In this document: positions 20,203 through 30,186 of the stretch, one piece after another
Numbering within the stretch: the first letter of the stretch is position 1
Layout of the letters: the number at the start of each line of letters is the position of its first letter
Origin: Nitrososphaeraceae archaeon
GTDB taxonomy: Archaea; Thermoproteota; Nitrososphaeria; Nitrososphaerales; Nitrososphaeraceae
NCBI GenBank assembly: GCA_044870765.1
Contig: JBIOZG010000017.1
Span: forward strand, 9,628 to 73,627
DNA: 64,000 nt
Direction of reading: 5' to 3'
Notes under the pieces: generated by a model
Seen by the model: only the letters and a program-made list of their open reading frames with translations
Database searches by the model: none
Told to the model about the DNA's origin: nothing
Made by a program: the position numbers and the translations under genes

Positions 20203-20331
20203 TTTATAATAACCGTGGTCGGTTGTTTGAAATCATAATAAGGAAACTAAAATGATATTAGCGTTTGTAAACCCTGAACGTATTATTGAAACTCATATAT
20301 AGAACTTTAAGAAACATTCCTAGTTGAAAAA

Positions 20332-20745
20332 ATGTCTGCATTAACTATAAGGAAGTTTTATGAAGAAATACTTCAATTCGTAGGAAAAAAAGTTTCTATA
20401 GAGACCTCCTATGACAAGAACTATAATGGAACGTTAAGTGCTGTCGATGAAAGATTGGACACTGTTCTTGAAAATGTAGAAGGTCAGGGAATATTGAGAA
20501 TTGTCATAAATGGATCATTTGTCAAAGAAATAAAGCTCTTGGAAAAACCTTTTGATCTTAAGGGTCTTGCAGATCGCCTGTCAAGAGTATTTCCGGGGTT
20601 AGTAAAAATCAGGGAGGATGTGAACGCAATAATAGTGATGGATAAGATCAAAGTAACTGAACATGGGATAGAGGAAGGTACGGGTTTGGCTGCTGACAGG
20701 GTTAAATCAATTTATGAAGAATTCATGAGGGAGTTCAAGAAGTAA
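20332..20745 (+). CDS. Lsm/Sm-like RNA-binding protein with C-terminal extension (SmAP3 type)
   Basis: Sm fold (GKKVSIE...YNGTLSAVD...VLENV...INGSFVKEI) plus an Lsm_C-like domain. Confidence 0.85.
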   Translation: MSALTIRKFYEEILQFVGKKVSIETSYDKNYNGTLSAVDERLDTVLENVEGQGILRIVINGSFVKEIKLLEKPFDLKGLADRLSRVFPGLVKIREDVNAIIVMDKIKVTEHGIEEGTGLAADRVKSIYEEFMREFKK

Positions 20746-20747
20746 AT

Positions 20748-22292
20748 TTGTTATTTGAGGTCAGATATTCTGACCTAGCAGGAAGGATAGGAAAAATCAA
20801 GACTCCTAGTGGGACTTTTGAGACTCCCGCATTCATACCTGTGATTCATCCTGTTTCGCAATCTGTAGACATAAACTTTCTAAAAAAATTAGGTTTTGAA
20901 GCAGTTATCACAAACGCGTATATCACGTTGAAACAATACGGCGATAGTGCTCGAGAAAAAGGAATTCATAAAATAATAAACTTTGATGGTCCGATAATGA
21001 CAGATTCCGGTGGTTACCAAGTTCTTGAATACGGTTCAATTGAACCAGAGCCTTCCTTCATAGCCCAATTTGAGTCGGATATTAAAAGTGATATTTGTGT
21101 CCCGCTCGATAAACCGACAGGATACGGCTTGCGATATGAGGTAGCCAAAATGTACGTTAATGAAACTATCAAAAATTCTCAAGAAACCCTAAATCTCATT
21201 AGGAGTAACAATAACGGAAATTCTGTTTGGGTGGGTCCGGTGCAGGGCGCCGAACATCTTGATTTGGTCAAGAGATCTGCTGGGTTACTCGATGAAATGG
21301 GATATGAAATGATGGCTCTGGGAAGCCCTGTGCAATTACTAGAGTCCTATGAATTTGGAATTTTATCCGAAATGATAGCAGCCTTGAAATCAGTAGTTAC
21401 GTCCAAGCCCATTCATCTATTTGGAGCCGGTCATCCACTAACGATACCTTTGGTGGTAGCGTTAGGATGTGATACGTTCGATTCTGCATCTTACATGCTT
21501 TATGCAAGAGACGACAGGTACATGCATCCCAATGGAACGTCAAAACTGGACAAGTTAACCTATCTTTCATGCCAATGTCCAATTTGTATTAATTTGAAAG
21601 TTAAGGAATTTCTTGATCTGGAACGTGATGAGAGGATAGATAAATTGGCAAAGCATAATCTGTATGTTTTAAGATCCGAAGTTCTGTCGGTAAGACAAGC
21701 TATCATGGATGGTAGACTCTGGGAATATGTTGGACAAAAGGCACGGGCTCATCCTAAGTTAATGGAGGCCTTCAAATTATTTATCAACTATGAATATTTA
21801 GAAGATGGCACACCTTTGTTCAAGAAAAAAGCTATTTTTTTTATGGATTCTATCGACCAGTATCGACCAGAGGCCGCTAGATTAAGAAGGGTTTTCAATT
21901 CATTTAGTACCAACAAAAAAAAGCTTGTTCTATATCCTGATACTCTAATTTCTCCCTTTTATTGTTCTCAAGAATATCATAAATTGTCAATGAGATTTTC
22001 GGATTATCAAATTTGCGCTTATAATCCTTTTATTGGAATCATACCTGCTGAAATTTCAGATCTTTATCCGGCCGCCCACAATTTGATATCCAAGAGAAAA
22101 ATTGAACTCGGCAATTCAAATGAATATCCAACATTTGTTAATTCATTGGAAAAATTCCTATCAAACAATTCTTTTGATGATGTGATAATCGTGGCTGATG
22201 AATTCCTCGACCGCATACTCCGGGACTTAAAGTTAGAATCCAAGATAAAGACTTACAAATATACACATGATATAATTGAGCATCTCCCATGA
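20748..22292 (+). CDS. tgtA: archaeosine tRNA-guanine(15) transglycosylase
   Basis: ETPAFIPV, MTDSGGYQ, HLFGAGHP, GCDTFDSASY, CQCPIC...HNL. Confidence 0.93.
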   Translation: MLFEVRYSDLAGRIGKIKTPSGTFETPAFIPVIHPVSQSVDINFLKKLGFEAVITNAYITLKQYGDSAREKGIHKIINFDGPIMTDSGGYQVLEYGSIEPEPSFIAQFESDIKSDICVPLDKPTGYGLRYEVAKMYVNETIKNSQETLNLIRSNNNGNSVWVGPVQGAEHLDLVKRSAGLLDEMGYEMMALGSPVQLLESYEFGILSEMIAALKSVVTSKPIHLFGAGHPLTIPLVVALGCDTFDSASYMLYARDDRYMHPNGTSKLDKLTYLSCQCPICINLKVKEFLDLERDERIDKLAKHNLYVLRSEVLSVRQAIMDGRLWEYVGQKARAHPKLMEAFKLFINYEYLEDGTPLFKKKAIFFMDSIDQYRPEAARLRRVFNSFSTNKKKLVLYPDTLISPFYCSQEYHKLSMRFSDYQICAYNPFIGIIPAEISDLYPAAHNLISKRKIELGNSNEYPTFVNSLEKFLSNNSFDDVIIVADEFLDRILRDLKLESKIKTYKYTHDIIEHLP

Positions 22293-22387
22293 TTATTTCT
22301 TTTATTGCGGATTTTGTTTTTTTGATTTTGATTTAATTTTGCTTAAATCACTCATAAAAATGTTTTAATAAAATCAGAAGACCGTAA

Positions 22388-22881
22388 TTGATTGGTGCCT
22401 TCGGTATAGAAAAGCACCAATCAAGTCATCTTGACCTAACATAGATGGTAAAGTGATTCCATGGAAAATTTATTTAAAATTTCTAATACAAGTACTTAAT
22501 TTCTATTGGGATGTAAGTAAACTTAGGTAAGCCATGTTCTTATATTTGCATTAGTAAGTTTGATTACTTCCTATTATATTTTAAGACAAAGGCCGGTGGG
22601 AATCTCTTATCAACTCTGTCAGTCCCACCGGTTTTAAATTAATTTATAATTTGTTGTGTATGATAACTTATTACGGACTAGGCTAAGTCCAGAAAGCAAT
22701 CTGACTGCTGGTGGGCCTTTTTACAAATTGGCCCATCAGTTATTATTCGAAAGTTCAGTGCATCATTGTAAGGTGTATTCAGGTAACTTTTTATAGTTTG
22801 GTCTCTCGTAGTGAGATCCAAAAACCTAATCGTCTGATGGGTCCTCGACATATTGGTTCAGTCTCTCCTTGGACCCATCAG
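22388..22881. repeat. cluster of four related inverted repeats/hairpins
   Basis: Stems at 22388-22398/22414-22424, 22593-22601/22623-22631, 22708-22717/22730-22739 and 22834-22844/22871-22881; the last three share CYGRTGGG...CCCAYCRGTT. Confidence 0.65.
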
Positions 22882-22888
22882 TTCTAAT

Positions 22889-23146
22889 TTAACTAGGTGA
22901 TGTAGATGGGAATAATTTCAGGACTTCATCGCTGTATTCACCAAGCAACGTTTGTATTCTGTCTGTATCAGGCGGACTGACGGATGCAGCATCTATTACA
23001 TTCTTTTCAAATTCATCTGTCAGTTTTTGGAATTCTGCACAACCTGCACAAGTTCTAGGTGCATACACTTGTTGTGCGCTCGTTGTTACTATTGTCATAG
23101 TAGTTACTGAGGCTAGTATTGCCATTACGATATAAATGGACTTCAT
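22889..23146 (-). CDS. small secreted protein with CxxC
   Basis: Signal peptide ending QQVYA, followed by PRTCAGCAEF. Confidence 0.75.
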   Translation of the reverse strand: MKSIYIVMAILASVTTMTIVTTSAQQVYAPRTCAGCAEFQKLTDEFEKNVIDAASVSPPDTDRIQTLLGEYSDEVLKLFPSTSPS

Positions 23147-23368
23147 GTTTCACTTAGAAAGGAATATCTATTAAGTCTTCTTTATCTGGTAGAATCATAT
23201 AAAATATTTACAATACACACTTAACTACCATCTGATTAACGTGAATGAATAATATTCTATTCTGAGATTCAGATATAATGTAGTAAAGAAGACTCTCTAC
23301 TTTTTTTAGCACTTGTTCTTACTCAATCCACTTATACTTTACTTAGTATCATTTTGCGATAACAAACC

Positions 23369-23725
23369 TTGAACAGAAAAAACGCATTAACTTTTGTAGC
23401 ACTGTCTATAGGAATATTGACTGGGCTAACAGGAACAGGGTTGTCACATGTAGCACCAGCATTTGCTGACAAGGAAGAGTGTAAAGACAATGATGACAAC
23501 AACTGTAACGAGAGAACCCACAAGATAAAACAGGATAACGATTGTAAGGCAGTGAATGAATACGAACACATTGGCTCCCTGGGCAGCCCCGTCAACAACA
23601 ACCAATTTGAATGCACCAACACCCTAATAGATCCTGCTAACGGCGATGACAATGAATTCGTAGACGAGGTATTGGTCGTAGACGAGGTATTCGGAAGTAC
23701 TACATTAATTCCAGATATACCTTAG
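23369..23725 (+). CDS. small secreted acidic Cys-containing protein
   Basis: Signal peptide ending PAFA; four Cys; D/N-rich; 16-bp direct repeat TCGTAGACGAGGTATT at 23658 and 23676. Confidence 0.75.
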   Translation: MNRKNALTFVALSIGILTGLTGTGLSHVAPAFADKEECKDNDDNNCNERTHKIKQDNDCKAVNEYEHIGSLGSPVNNNQFECTNTLIDPANGDDNEFVDEVLVVDEVFGSTTLIPDIP

Positions 23726-23739
23726 CGCTAACAAGAAAC

Positions 23740-23777
23740 AGGTAACAATGTGTTACCTACAGAACTTTTTTTCTTTA
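23740..23777 (+). terminator. putative terminator (hairpin plus T-tract)
   Basis: AGGTAACA-ATG-TGTTACCT followed by a T-rich run, just after the stop at 23725. Confidence 0.4.
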
Positions 23778-23884
23778 ATTAGTGGCAAGATAGAGGTGCG
23801 TAATTAATTTAAGTCAATTATTTACTAGAATCATTCAAAATTGATTTTGCTTAAATATTAGAAATAGCAAGGATAAATGATATA

Positions 23885-24292
23885 ATGGCGATAGACTATG
23901 AATTCGTTTATTCCTTTAGTGAAGAGTTATTGAATCTAGATAATTCTTTAAGATGGATTGGTATTTCAAACAAATACGGCGTTCTAATTAACGTAGAGCA
24001 ACGCAAAGATTTAGAACCATTAATGTCAGAAGAGGAAAGTGAAGAATATGCCGCTGCTGCAGTCTCAAGATATAGAACTAGGGTTAAGTTTCAAACAAAA
24101 ATTGGGAAACTAGACTATGCTGTTGGCAGATATGAAAATGTAACTAGGATTACCATTCCCATAAGCAACGATTATTTTTTACTGCTGACCATAGATAAAG
24201 AGAAAAATTATGATGACATGGTTAAGGAAAAGATTATTCCCTTCATCAATAGGAATAGGAACAGATTTCGTTCCGAAAGTCTAAATGATTAA
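23885..24292 (+). CDS. hypothetical protein, roadblock/profilin-like family expanded in thaumarchaea
   Basis: LNLDNSLRWIGISNKYG...IGKLDYAVGRYENV...FLLLTID pattern. Confidence 0.7.
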   Translation: MAIDYEFVYSFSEELLNLDNSLRWIGISNKYGVLINVEQRKDLEPLMSEEESEEYAAAAVSRYRTRVKFQTKIGKLDYAVGRYENVTRITIPISNDYFLLLTIDKEKNYDDMVKEKIIPFINRNRNRFRSESLND

Positions 24293-24343
24293 TCTTAACC
24301 TTAATTTTTTTCGCAGAGTCTTGTACCGTTATGCTTGTAAAAA

Positions 24344-25705
24344 TTATGAATTAACGTCTTTCACAAAGCTCTTGTAAATTGATAATGCCTCATCTTCGGT
24401 TTTAGCTCCAACAATTGTGGCTGCACCACTGGTCATGAAGCTTATTGAAAGATATTCAGAATTATTACTAAGGACGGTTAACCCTAGTTCGCCTTTCGTC
24501 TTGATTGTATATCCCAATCTACCTGCATTCTTTTCAATTCCAATTAGGTCTATCGGTGATAAAATTTGGGCGGGTGTAACAGTGTACGTTCTCTTTCCGC
24601 GGTCACGACCGCATAGTTCTTCAATTATTAGTTGCTGTACTTGCGGCTGATCTTTATCTATTCTCTTTGTTCCACATGAAGTACATTCTTCTTGTCTAAA
24701 GACCGTAACTTTCTCCATTGAGAAATCGTTCAGATCTATATACAAGAGCTTATTTTCTAGAGTTGGTTTTTCGCTTAGGATAATCTTGACTACTTCAGAA
24801 ACTTGAATGCCACCTACTAGGTATAAAATTGATGGGTGAACACCTTCCGTGCTACAAGTGGGCATATCATCTTCAACTAACGCTGGAAAGATGCATCTAA
24901 GGCAAGCTGTTTTATTTGGAATTATAGTGCAAATAGAACCTAACATTCCTAATGCGCCTGCATAGATAAGTGGGATATTGAGTTTAATGCACGCGTCATT
25001 TAATGCATATCGGGCATCTATACTATCTAGTGCATCTACAACTATATCAAATCCATTAACAATGCTTTCGGCAGTATATTTAGTAACAGAATTTGGAAGA
25101 GCTTCAATCTCAACACTTGAATTTATTTTTTGAAGTCTTTCTTTTGCAGCTTCAACTTTCACTCTACCTATATCATTTTCTGTATAGAGATGTTGTCTAT
25201 GTAAATTAGAGATCTCTATAATATCTCTATCTACTATTTTCAGTTTTCCGACACCCATAGCTGTTAGCAGTGTAACTACAGGATTGCCAATGCCTCCAAC
25301 TCCAACTACACAGATTTTTGCCTTCCTTAGTTTTTCTAACCCAATGAATCCTATTTCATCGAGCATTATCTGTCGGGAGTATCGTTGCAAATCTTCGTTC
25401 TTAAGTTCAGAACCAGAACCACCTGCCACCGCAGGGAGAATATAAATAGAATCCCCTTTGTTGAGTTTCGTGGCCATACCATCATTACTAAATCGCATAT
25501 TTTTTCCATTTATGTAAATGTTGATTAATGATCTTGGTTTTCCATTCAGGTCCAATACTTTGCGTTTGAAATCTTCTCCGAGCTGTTCGGTTACTTTTGT
25601 AAATGCATCTTGTAGATCTATGGCATCTAATGGAATTTTTTTTTCTCCGCTACCTTTTGTGAGAACAGATGGAATAGTAAATTCAATATTTGTCATTCTA
25701 TTCAC
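24344..25705 (-). CDS. MoaD/ThiS-like Ubl fused to ThiF/MoeB E1 adenylyltransferase (probable start 25696)
   Basis: Ubl ending ILPAVAGG; RYSRQI, VGVGGIG, SNLHRQ, CLRC, PTCSTEG, CTSC; SD-like GGAGTGA at 25702-25708. Confidence 0.9.
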   Translation of the reverse strand: MNRMTNIEFTIPSVLTKGSGEKKIPLDAIDLQDAFTKVTEQLGEDFKRKVLDLNGKPRSLINIYINGKNMRFSNDGMATKLNKGDSIYILPAVAGGSGSELKNEDLQRYSRQIMLDEIGFIGLEKLRKAKICVVGVGGIGNPVVTLLTAMGVGKLKIVDRDIIEISNLHRQHLYTENDIGRVKVEAAKERLQKINSSVEIEALPNSVTKYTAESIVNGFDIVVDALDSIDARYALNDACIKLNIPLIYAGALGMLGSICTIIPNKTACLRCIFPALVEDDMPTCSTEGVHPSILYLVGGIQVSEVVKIILSEKPTLENKLLYIDLNDFSMEKVTVFRQEECTSCGTKRIDKDQPQVQQLIIEELCGRDRGKRTYTVTPAQILSPIDLIGIEKNAGRLGYTIKTKGELGLTVLSNNSEYLSISFMTSGAATIVGAKTEDEALSIYKSFVKDVNS

Positions 25706-25711
25706 TCCTAC

Positions 25712-26938
25712 CTATGAAATCATTGCAGACACAGTTTGTACGTCTGGCTTTACAATATCAAGTTTAGGCAATGCACTCATTATTGCTTCAGTAGATTTCA
25801 GTCCATTACCTGTAACATAACATACTACTTTTTCATTTCTTTCTATAAATCCATCGTCAACTAACTTTTTCAGTACGGCAACAGAAACACCTCCTGCAGG
25901 TTCAGTAAAAATCCCTTCAGTCTTTGCCAGAGTCAAAATGCCTTCAATAATTTCATTATCATTAGCTTCTTCAGCAACCCCACCGTATTGTTTTAATCTT
26001 CTTAGAACATAAACACCGTCTCCAGGATCCCCAATAGCCAAACTCTTTGCTATTGTCTCCGGTCTTTCTACAGGAACGATATCGCCTGCATTTTTCTTAA
26101 ATGCATCAACTATTGGAGCGCAACCATGTGGTTGTGCAGCAGTAACTTTTAGATTTGAGATATCTCCAATTAATCCTATATCATGTAGCTCTTCAAATCC
26201 TTTGCAAATTGCATTCAACATCGCACCACTACCAACGGGAATGATGAGATGATCTGGAACATCCCAGTTAAGTTGTTCAGCTACTTCATACGCCAATGTT
26301 TTAGACCCTTCTACATAATATGGTCTCATATTGATATTTACAATACCTATTCCCTTGGAATCACCTATTATCGACGCAATTCTATTGGCGTCGTCATAGG
26401 TCCCTTCAACCGCAACAAATTTAGCACCATAGGATAATGCCTGCGCAATCTTCACTTTTTCGATATCAGAAGGAGCAAAAATAAAACATGGCAAATGTGC
26501 CTTGGCAGCATGAGCAGCTGTCGCAGAAGCCAAATTTCCAGTAGACGCACATCCAACTGCCTTAAGTTTGATTTCTCTTGATTTCGAAATGGCTACACCT
26601 GCAGGTCTGTCTTTGAATGAAAAAGTTGGATTGACAGAATCGTTCTTTATAAAGAGATTCTTAAGGTTTCCAATTTGTGTTCCCAAATCCTCCGCAAATT
26701 GCAAAGGTGTAAAACCAGCATGTATGTTTACTATGCAATCCTTATCAGCAATTGGCAATAGCTCAAAATAACGCCAATATGTTTTGTCGGTTCTTGATGA
26801 AAAGGTGTCTTTGTTTAAACCCTTAGGAACATCATATATGACATCCAGTGGGCCAAAACATTCTTCACAAATGTATTTGAATACGGGAGTATATTCAGCA
26901 CCACATTCCCTACATTTTAGAAATCGTATAGAACCCAT
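25712..26938 (-). CDS. thrC: threonine synthase
   Basis: N-terminal CxxC..CxxC; NPTFSFKDR (PLP Lys), ASTGNLA, PVGSG, EPAGG, TGNGLK. Confidence 0.88.
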   Translation of the reverse strand: MGSIRFLKCRECGAEYTPVFKYICEECFGPLDVIYDVPKGLNKDTFSSRTDKTYWRYFELLPIADKDCIVNIHAGFTPLQFAEDLGTQIGNLKNLFIKNDSVNPTFSFKDRPAGVAISKSREIKLKAVGCASTGNLASATAAHAAKAHLPCFIFAPSDIEKVKIAQALSYGAKFVAVEGTYDDANRIASIIGDSKGIGIVNINMRPYYVEGSKTLAYEVAEQLNWDVPDHLIIPVGSGAMLNAICKGFEELHDIGLIGDISNLKVTAAQPHGCAPIVDAFKKNAGDIVPVERPETIAKSLAIGDPGDGVYVLRRLKQYGGVAEEANDNEIIEGILTLAKTEGIFTEPAGGVSVAVLKKLVDDGFIERNEKVVCYVTGNGLKSTEAIMSALPKLDIVKPDVQTVSAMIS

Positions 26939-27111
26939 GTATATTCAACTATCAACGATTGTATAGTATTAAATATCACTAATCGTAATTTTAGTATTAC
27001 TTAATTTTTTTACTTGGGAATTTTATAGATAATAAATATGAATTAGATCAAAAATATTAAGAATCGAGAGATCAATAGAAATATTACACAATTGTAAGAA
27101 TTATCATCAAT

Positions 27112-27459
27112 TTATTGAGGGTATAGCCTATTATGGAAACAGGATCTGTTTCCCGTATGACATGCAGGATTTTTTGAATTAACTAGGTAGATCACTGAGT
27201 CATGATCACAGTCAACAAGGATATCCCTCACTTCTTGAATATTTCCGGATTCTTCTCCTTTCATCCATAGTTTATTACGCGAAACACTCCAAAACCAAGC
27301 ATTGCCTGTCTTGACTGTGTTTTCTATCGCGACTCTATTTGCATAAGCCAGCATTAAAATGTCCTTTGTAGTTATATCCTGAACCACAACTGGGATTAGT
27401 CCACCTCTTTTTACAAAATTCAATTCATTGATTGATTTATCATCAATTTTCGTTAGCAT
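27112..27459 (-). CDS. hisI: phosphoribosyl-AMP cyclohydrolase
   Basis: LWMKGEESGN, DCDHD, ACHTGNRSCF. Confidence 0.96.
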   Translation of the reverse strand: MLTKIDDKSINELNFVKRGGLIPVVVQDITTKDILMLAYANRVAIENTVKTGNAWFWSVSRNKLWMKGEESGNIQEVRDILVDCDHDSVIYLVNSKNPACHTGNRSCFHNRLYPQ

Positions 27460-27784
27460 TTTATCATAACCTATAGGGTAATGCTGGTTGTCTATTTTAT
27501 ATAAGTCTAGTTCCCTGTTGTTCAGAGGCTTCTACAATTTCTAGAAAATTGAATCATGAAAGCTTTTAACATATCGTGTAACCGCAATGGTATAATAAAA
27601 TTCGCAGAATCTAACATTCCCTATTGTCATTGCTATACAGCCCAGTTTAGGTTAAATTTGTTATTTAATTCGAATGTGCTGACGAACGTTAGCGAGTATG
27701 GTAAAGAGCTGCCAATTGAAACATACCCAAGGCGGTAAAGTTTTTCATATCAGAAAGCTCTTAAAAATTCACCTTTCGATAAGA

Positions 27785-27922
27785 CTAATAATAAAGTCTT
27801 GAATTCTCAATATAATCAAATTTATCTTCTGAAATAATCAAATCCTTGTGACATTTCTCGCAAAAATAATATTCACTACTTGTGGGTAATTCCCTTCTGC
27901 AAACACTGCAAAACTTTTTCAA
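27785..27922 (-). CDS. 45-aa Zn-finger microprotein (not in ORF track)
   Basis: TTG start; MKKFCSVCRRELPTSSEYYFCEKCHKDLIISEDKFDYIENSRLYY; CxxC-x12-CxxC. Confidence 0.55.
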   Translation of the reverse strand: MKKFCSVCRRELPTSSEYYFCEKCHKDLIISEDKFDYIENSRLYY

Positions 27923-28067
27923 TAGTTTCAAATTCGAAAAACTAATCTATAAAGTTAGCCATTTACAAAAAACATTTACACATTAAATGTAGTCAAATAC
28001 TGATGCATCCTTCTTTAGGTATTCTTCAAGAATTCAGTGCAGATAAAATCTTGAAAAAAATACCATT

Positions 28068-29873
28068 TCATGAATCATCGTCTACTCTTAATTTATCAAT
28101 TTTCGTCTTTACAAGATCAAATCCTTGTTGCCAGAATGATTCCTCAGTGATATTAAATCCAGCATTCCTGAGCAATGTTTCTGGTTTTTCAGATCCTCCT
28201 GCAGACAATATTTCGCGATATTTTGAAACAAAGGATTTGCCCTCTTCCCTATATTGCTGGTATAGTGAAAGTACAAGTAAATTTCCAAAGGAATAAGCAT
28301 AACAATAAAATGGAGTATGGAAAAAATGAGGGATATAAAGCCATTCCCATTTGAAATCATCTGAAATACGTAATGAATCTCCAAATTGGGTTTTTAGATT
28401 ACTCATATACAACTCCGAGATATTATCAATAGTAACGCTCTGTTCTGCTATGTATTTGTGAGTATCAATTTCAAAAATTGTAAAAAATGCCTGTCTCATA
28501 ATAGTCGCATACATATCATCAATTTGTTCAGCCAAGAAAATCTTTTTCTTTTCTCTATTTAGTTTCTTGTAAATTTGTTCATTAAGAAACATCTCTCCAA
28601 AAACAGAAGCAGTTTCGGCCAATGGAAGAGGAGCATGTGATACCAAAATAGGTTTATCGGATGCGAACATACTATGTATTGCATGGCCAAATTCGTGTGC
28701 CATAGTCGAAACATCTCTCATCTTTCCATCAAAATTCAAGAGTACGTAAGGAGTCCTCTGAGGAGAAACGGTATAACAAAAAGCACCACTCGTTTTTCCT
28801 TTCCTAATTTCAGAATCAATATGCCCTTCTTTAAATAAGCGCTCAGTATAGGTACCAAATTTTGGATCAAACTTGTAGAAAGTATCCAATACCAATTTAG
28901 CGGCATTCTTAAAACTAAATTTAAGAGCATTTTTCTTTGTAATTGGCGCATACAGATCATAACGTCGTAATTTTTTAACGCCAATTAATTTTGCTTTTTC
29001 CATGAAATAATCATGAAACAAAGTTGCATTTTTTTTACAAACTGATAACAGTATCTCTACCGTAGAATCATCAATATTATTATAAATATTCCTAACTGAT
29101 ATGGGAGATTTGAACCCTCTAATGGAAATATTTTCATCTCTCCACTGCGTAACTAAGTTTTGGTAAATGTCTCCTAGCACCCCGCTATTTTTTTCATATG
29201 TTTTGAATAATGCCTTGTACGCATATTCTCTCTCATTCGCATTTGAGCTCCTTACTAATGAAAGTAATTTTTCCTTGTTAGTAAAAGTCTTAATAGTCTT
29301 CTTATTTCCTCGTTTCTTGATAAAGGTATATTCAAAATTATTAGTCATTCTATCATATATTTTTACGAGAGCGCTTGGACCAGTTACTTCTAGAGTGTTG
29401 ATAATCTTCTCTTCTGATTCATTCAATGAATACTTTGCAACTAACCTTTTGTGCCTTAAATATTCCCGATAGACAGCAGAAGTACCATCAATTAATCTCT
29501 GTGCGTTATCATTGCCAAGTTCCTTTTTGAACCATAAATCAAAAAACAAAATCTGGTTACTAATCTGAGAACCTAATTGTTCTGTTTGAAGAATAAGAGC
29601 TGCCGCTTCGTTAGATGCAGTATCGGCAGCGTACTTAAGATTAGCAAAACTACTTACTGTACTAAGTTTTTCCAAAATATTCTCAATCTTGTGAATTAAT
29701 GATTCAAACGTCGAGGAGTTGAGATCGGGTTTTAAGAGTTGCCTACTATCTTCAAATTCCTTGACGTTCCTTTTAATACTACCAACTAATTCTGCAAATT
29801 CCTTTGTCGGACTCCCATCAACTAAGTCTGAAAGATCCCATTTTCCTAACTTGATATTTGAGTAATTTAGCAT
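28068..29873 (-). CDS. pepF: M3 family oligoendopeptidase F
   Basis: WDLSDL, GKTSGAFC, AHEFGHAIH, AETASVFGE, YCYAYSFG. Confidence 0.93.
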   Translation of the reverse strand: MLNYSNIKLGKWDLSDLVDGSPTKEFAELVGSIKRNVKEFEDSRQLLKPDLNSSTFESLIHKIENILEKLSTVSSFANLKYAADTASNEAAALILQTEQLGSQISNQILFFDLWFKKELGNDNAQRLIDGTSAVYREYLRHKRLVAKYSLNESEEKIINTLEVTGPSALVKIYDRMTNNFEYTFIKKRGNKKTIKTFTNKEKLLSLVRSSNANEREYAYKALFKTYEKNSGVLGDIYQNLVTQWRDENISIRGFKSPISVRNIYNNIDDSTVEILLSVCKKNATLFHDYFMEKAKLIGVKKLRRYDLYAPITKKNALKFSFKNAAKLVLDTFYKFDPKFGTYTERLFKEGHIDSEIRKGKTSGAFCYTVSPQRTPYVLLNFDGKMRDVSTMAHEFGHAIHSMFASDKPILVSHAPLPLAETASVFGEMFLNEQIYKKLNREKKKIFLAEQIDDMYATIMRQAFFTIFEIDTHKYIAEQSVTIDNISELYMSNLKTQFGDSLRISDDFKWEWLYIPHFFHTPFYCYAYSFGNLLVLSLYQQYREEGKSFVSKYREILSAGGSEKPETLLRNAGFNITEESFWQQGFDLVKTKIDKLRVDDDS

Positions 29874-30186
29874 TAGTTCTTTTCTTCCTTAAACTGTGAC
29901 TTGTCTTTATGTTTTTCTAATTTCTAATTCACTTAAGCATGCCAATTACAAATCTAAAAGACTACCGACTGTGTATATATCAATATAGTTAATTTTGAAT
30001 ATAGTTATATATTACAAATACTGAAATAAAAGATACCGTAATGGTTTTCAACATAGGCATAACGGTAAAGGCTGACAATATTCAGTTATTGGTGTTATTT
30101 GAACACCTCGACTGATTAAAAATGCCACCCTTCTATGTTGAATGAATTTGATAGATTTGCTTTCTTATTATTATTTAGTTTATTTT

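Noticed and set aside
22388-22881. CRISPR array or integron attC interpretation of the hairpin cluster
   Set aside because: No identical direct repeats, irregular spacing, no cas genes or integrase, and no paired RYYYAAC/GTTRRRY ends
27556-27738. 60-aa ORF in the hisI-pepF gap
   Set aside because: No recognisable features; cannot be supported
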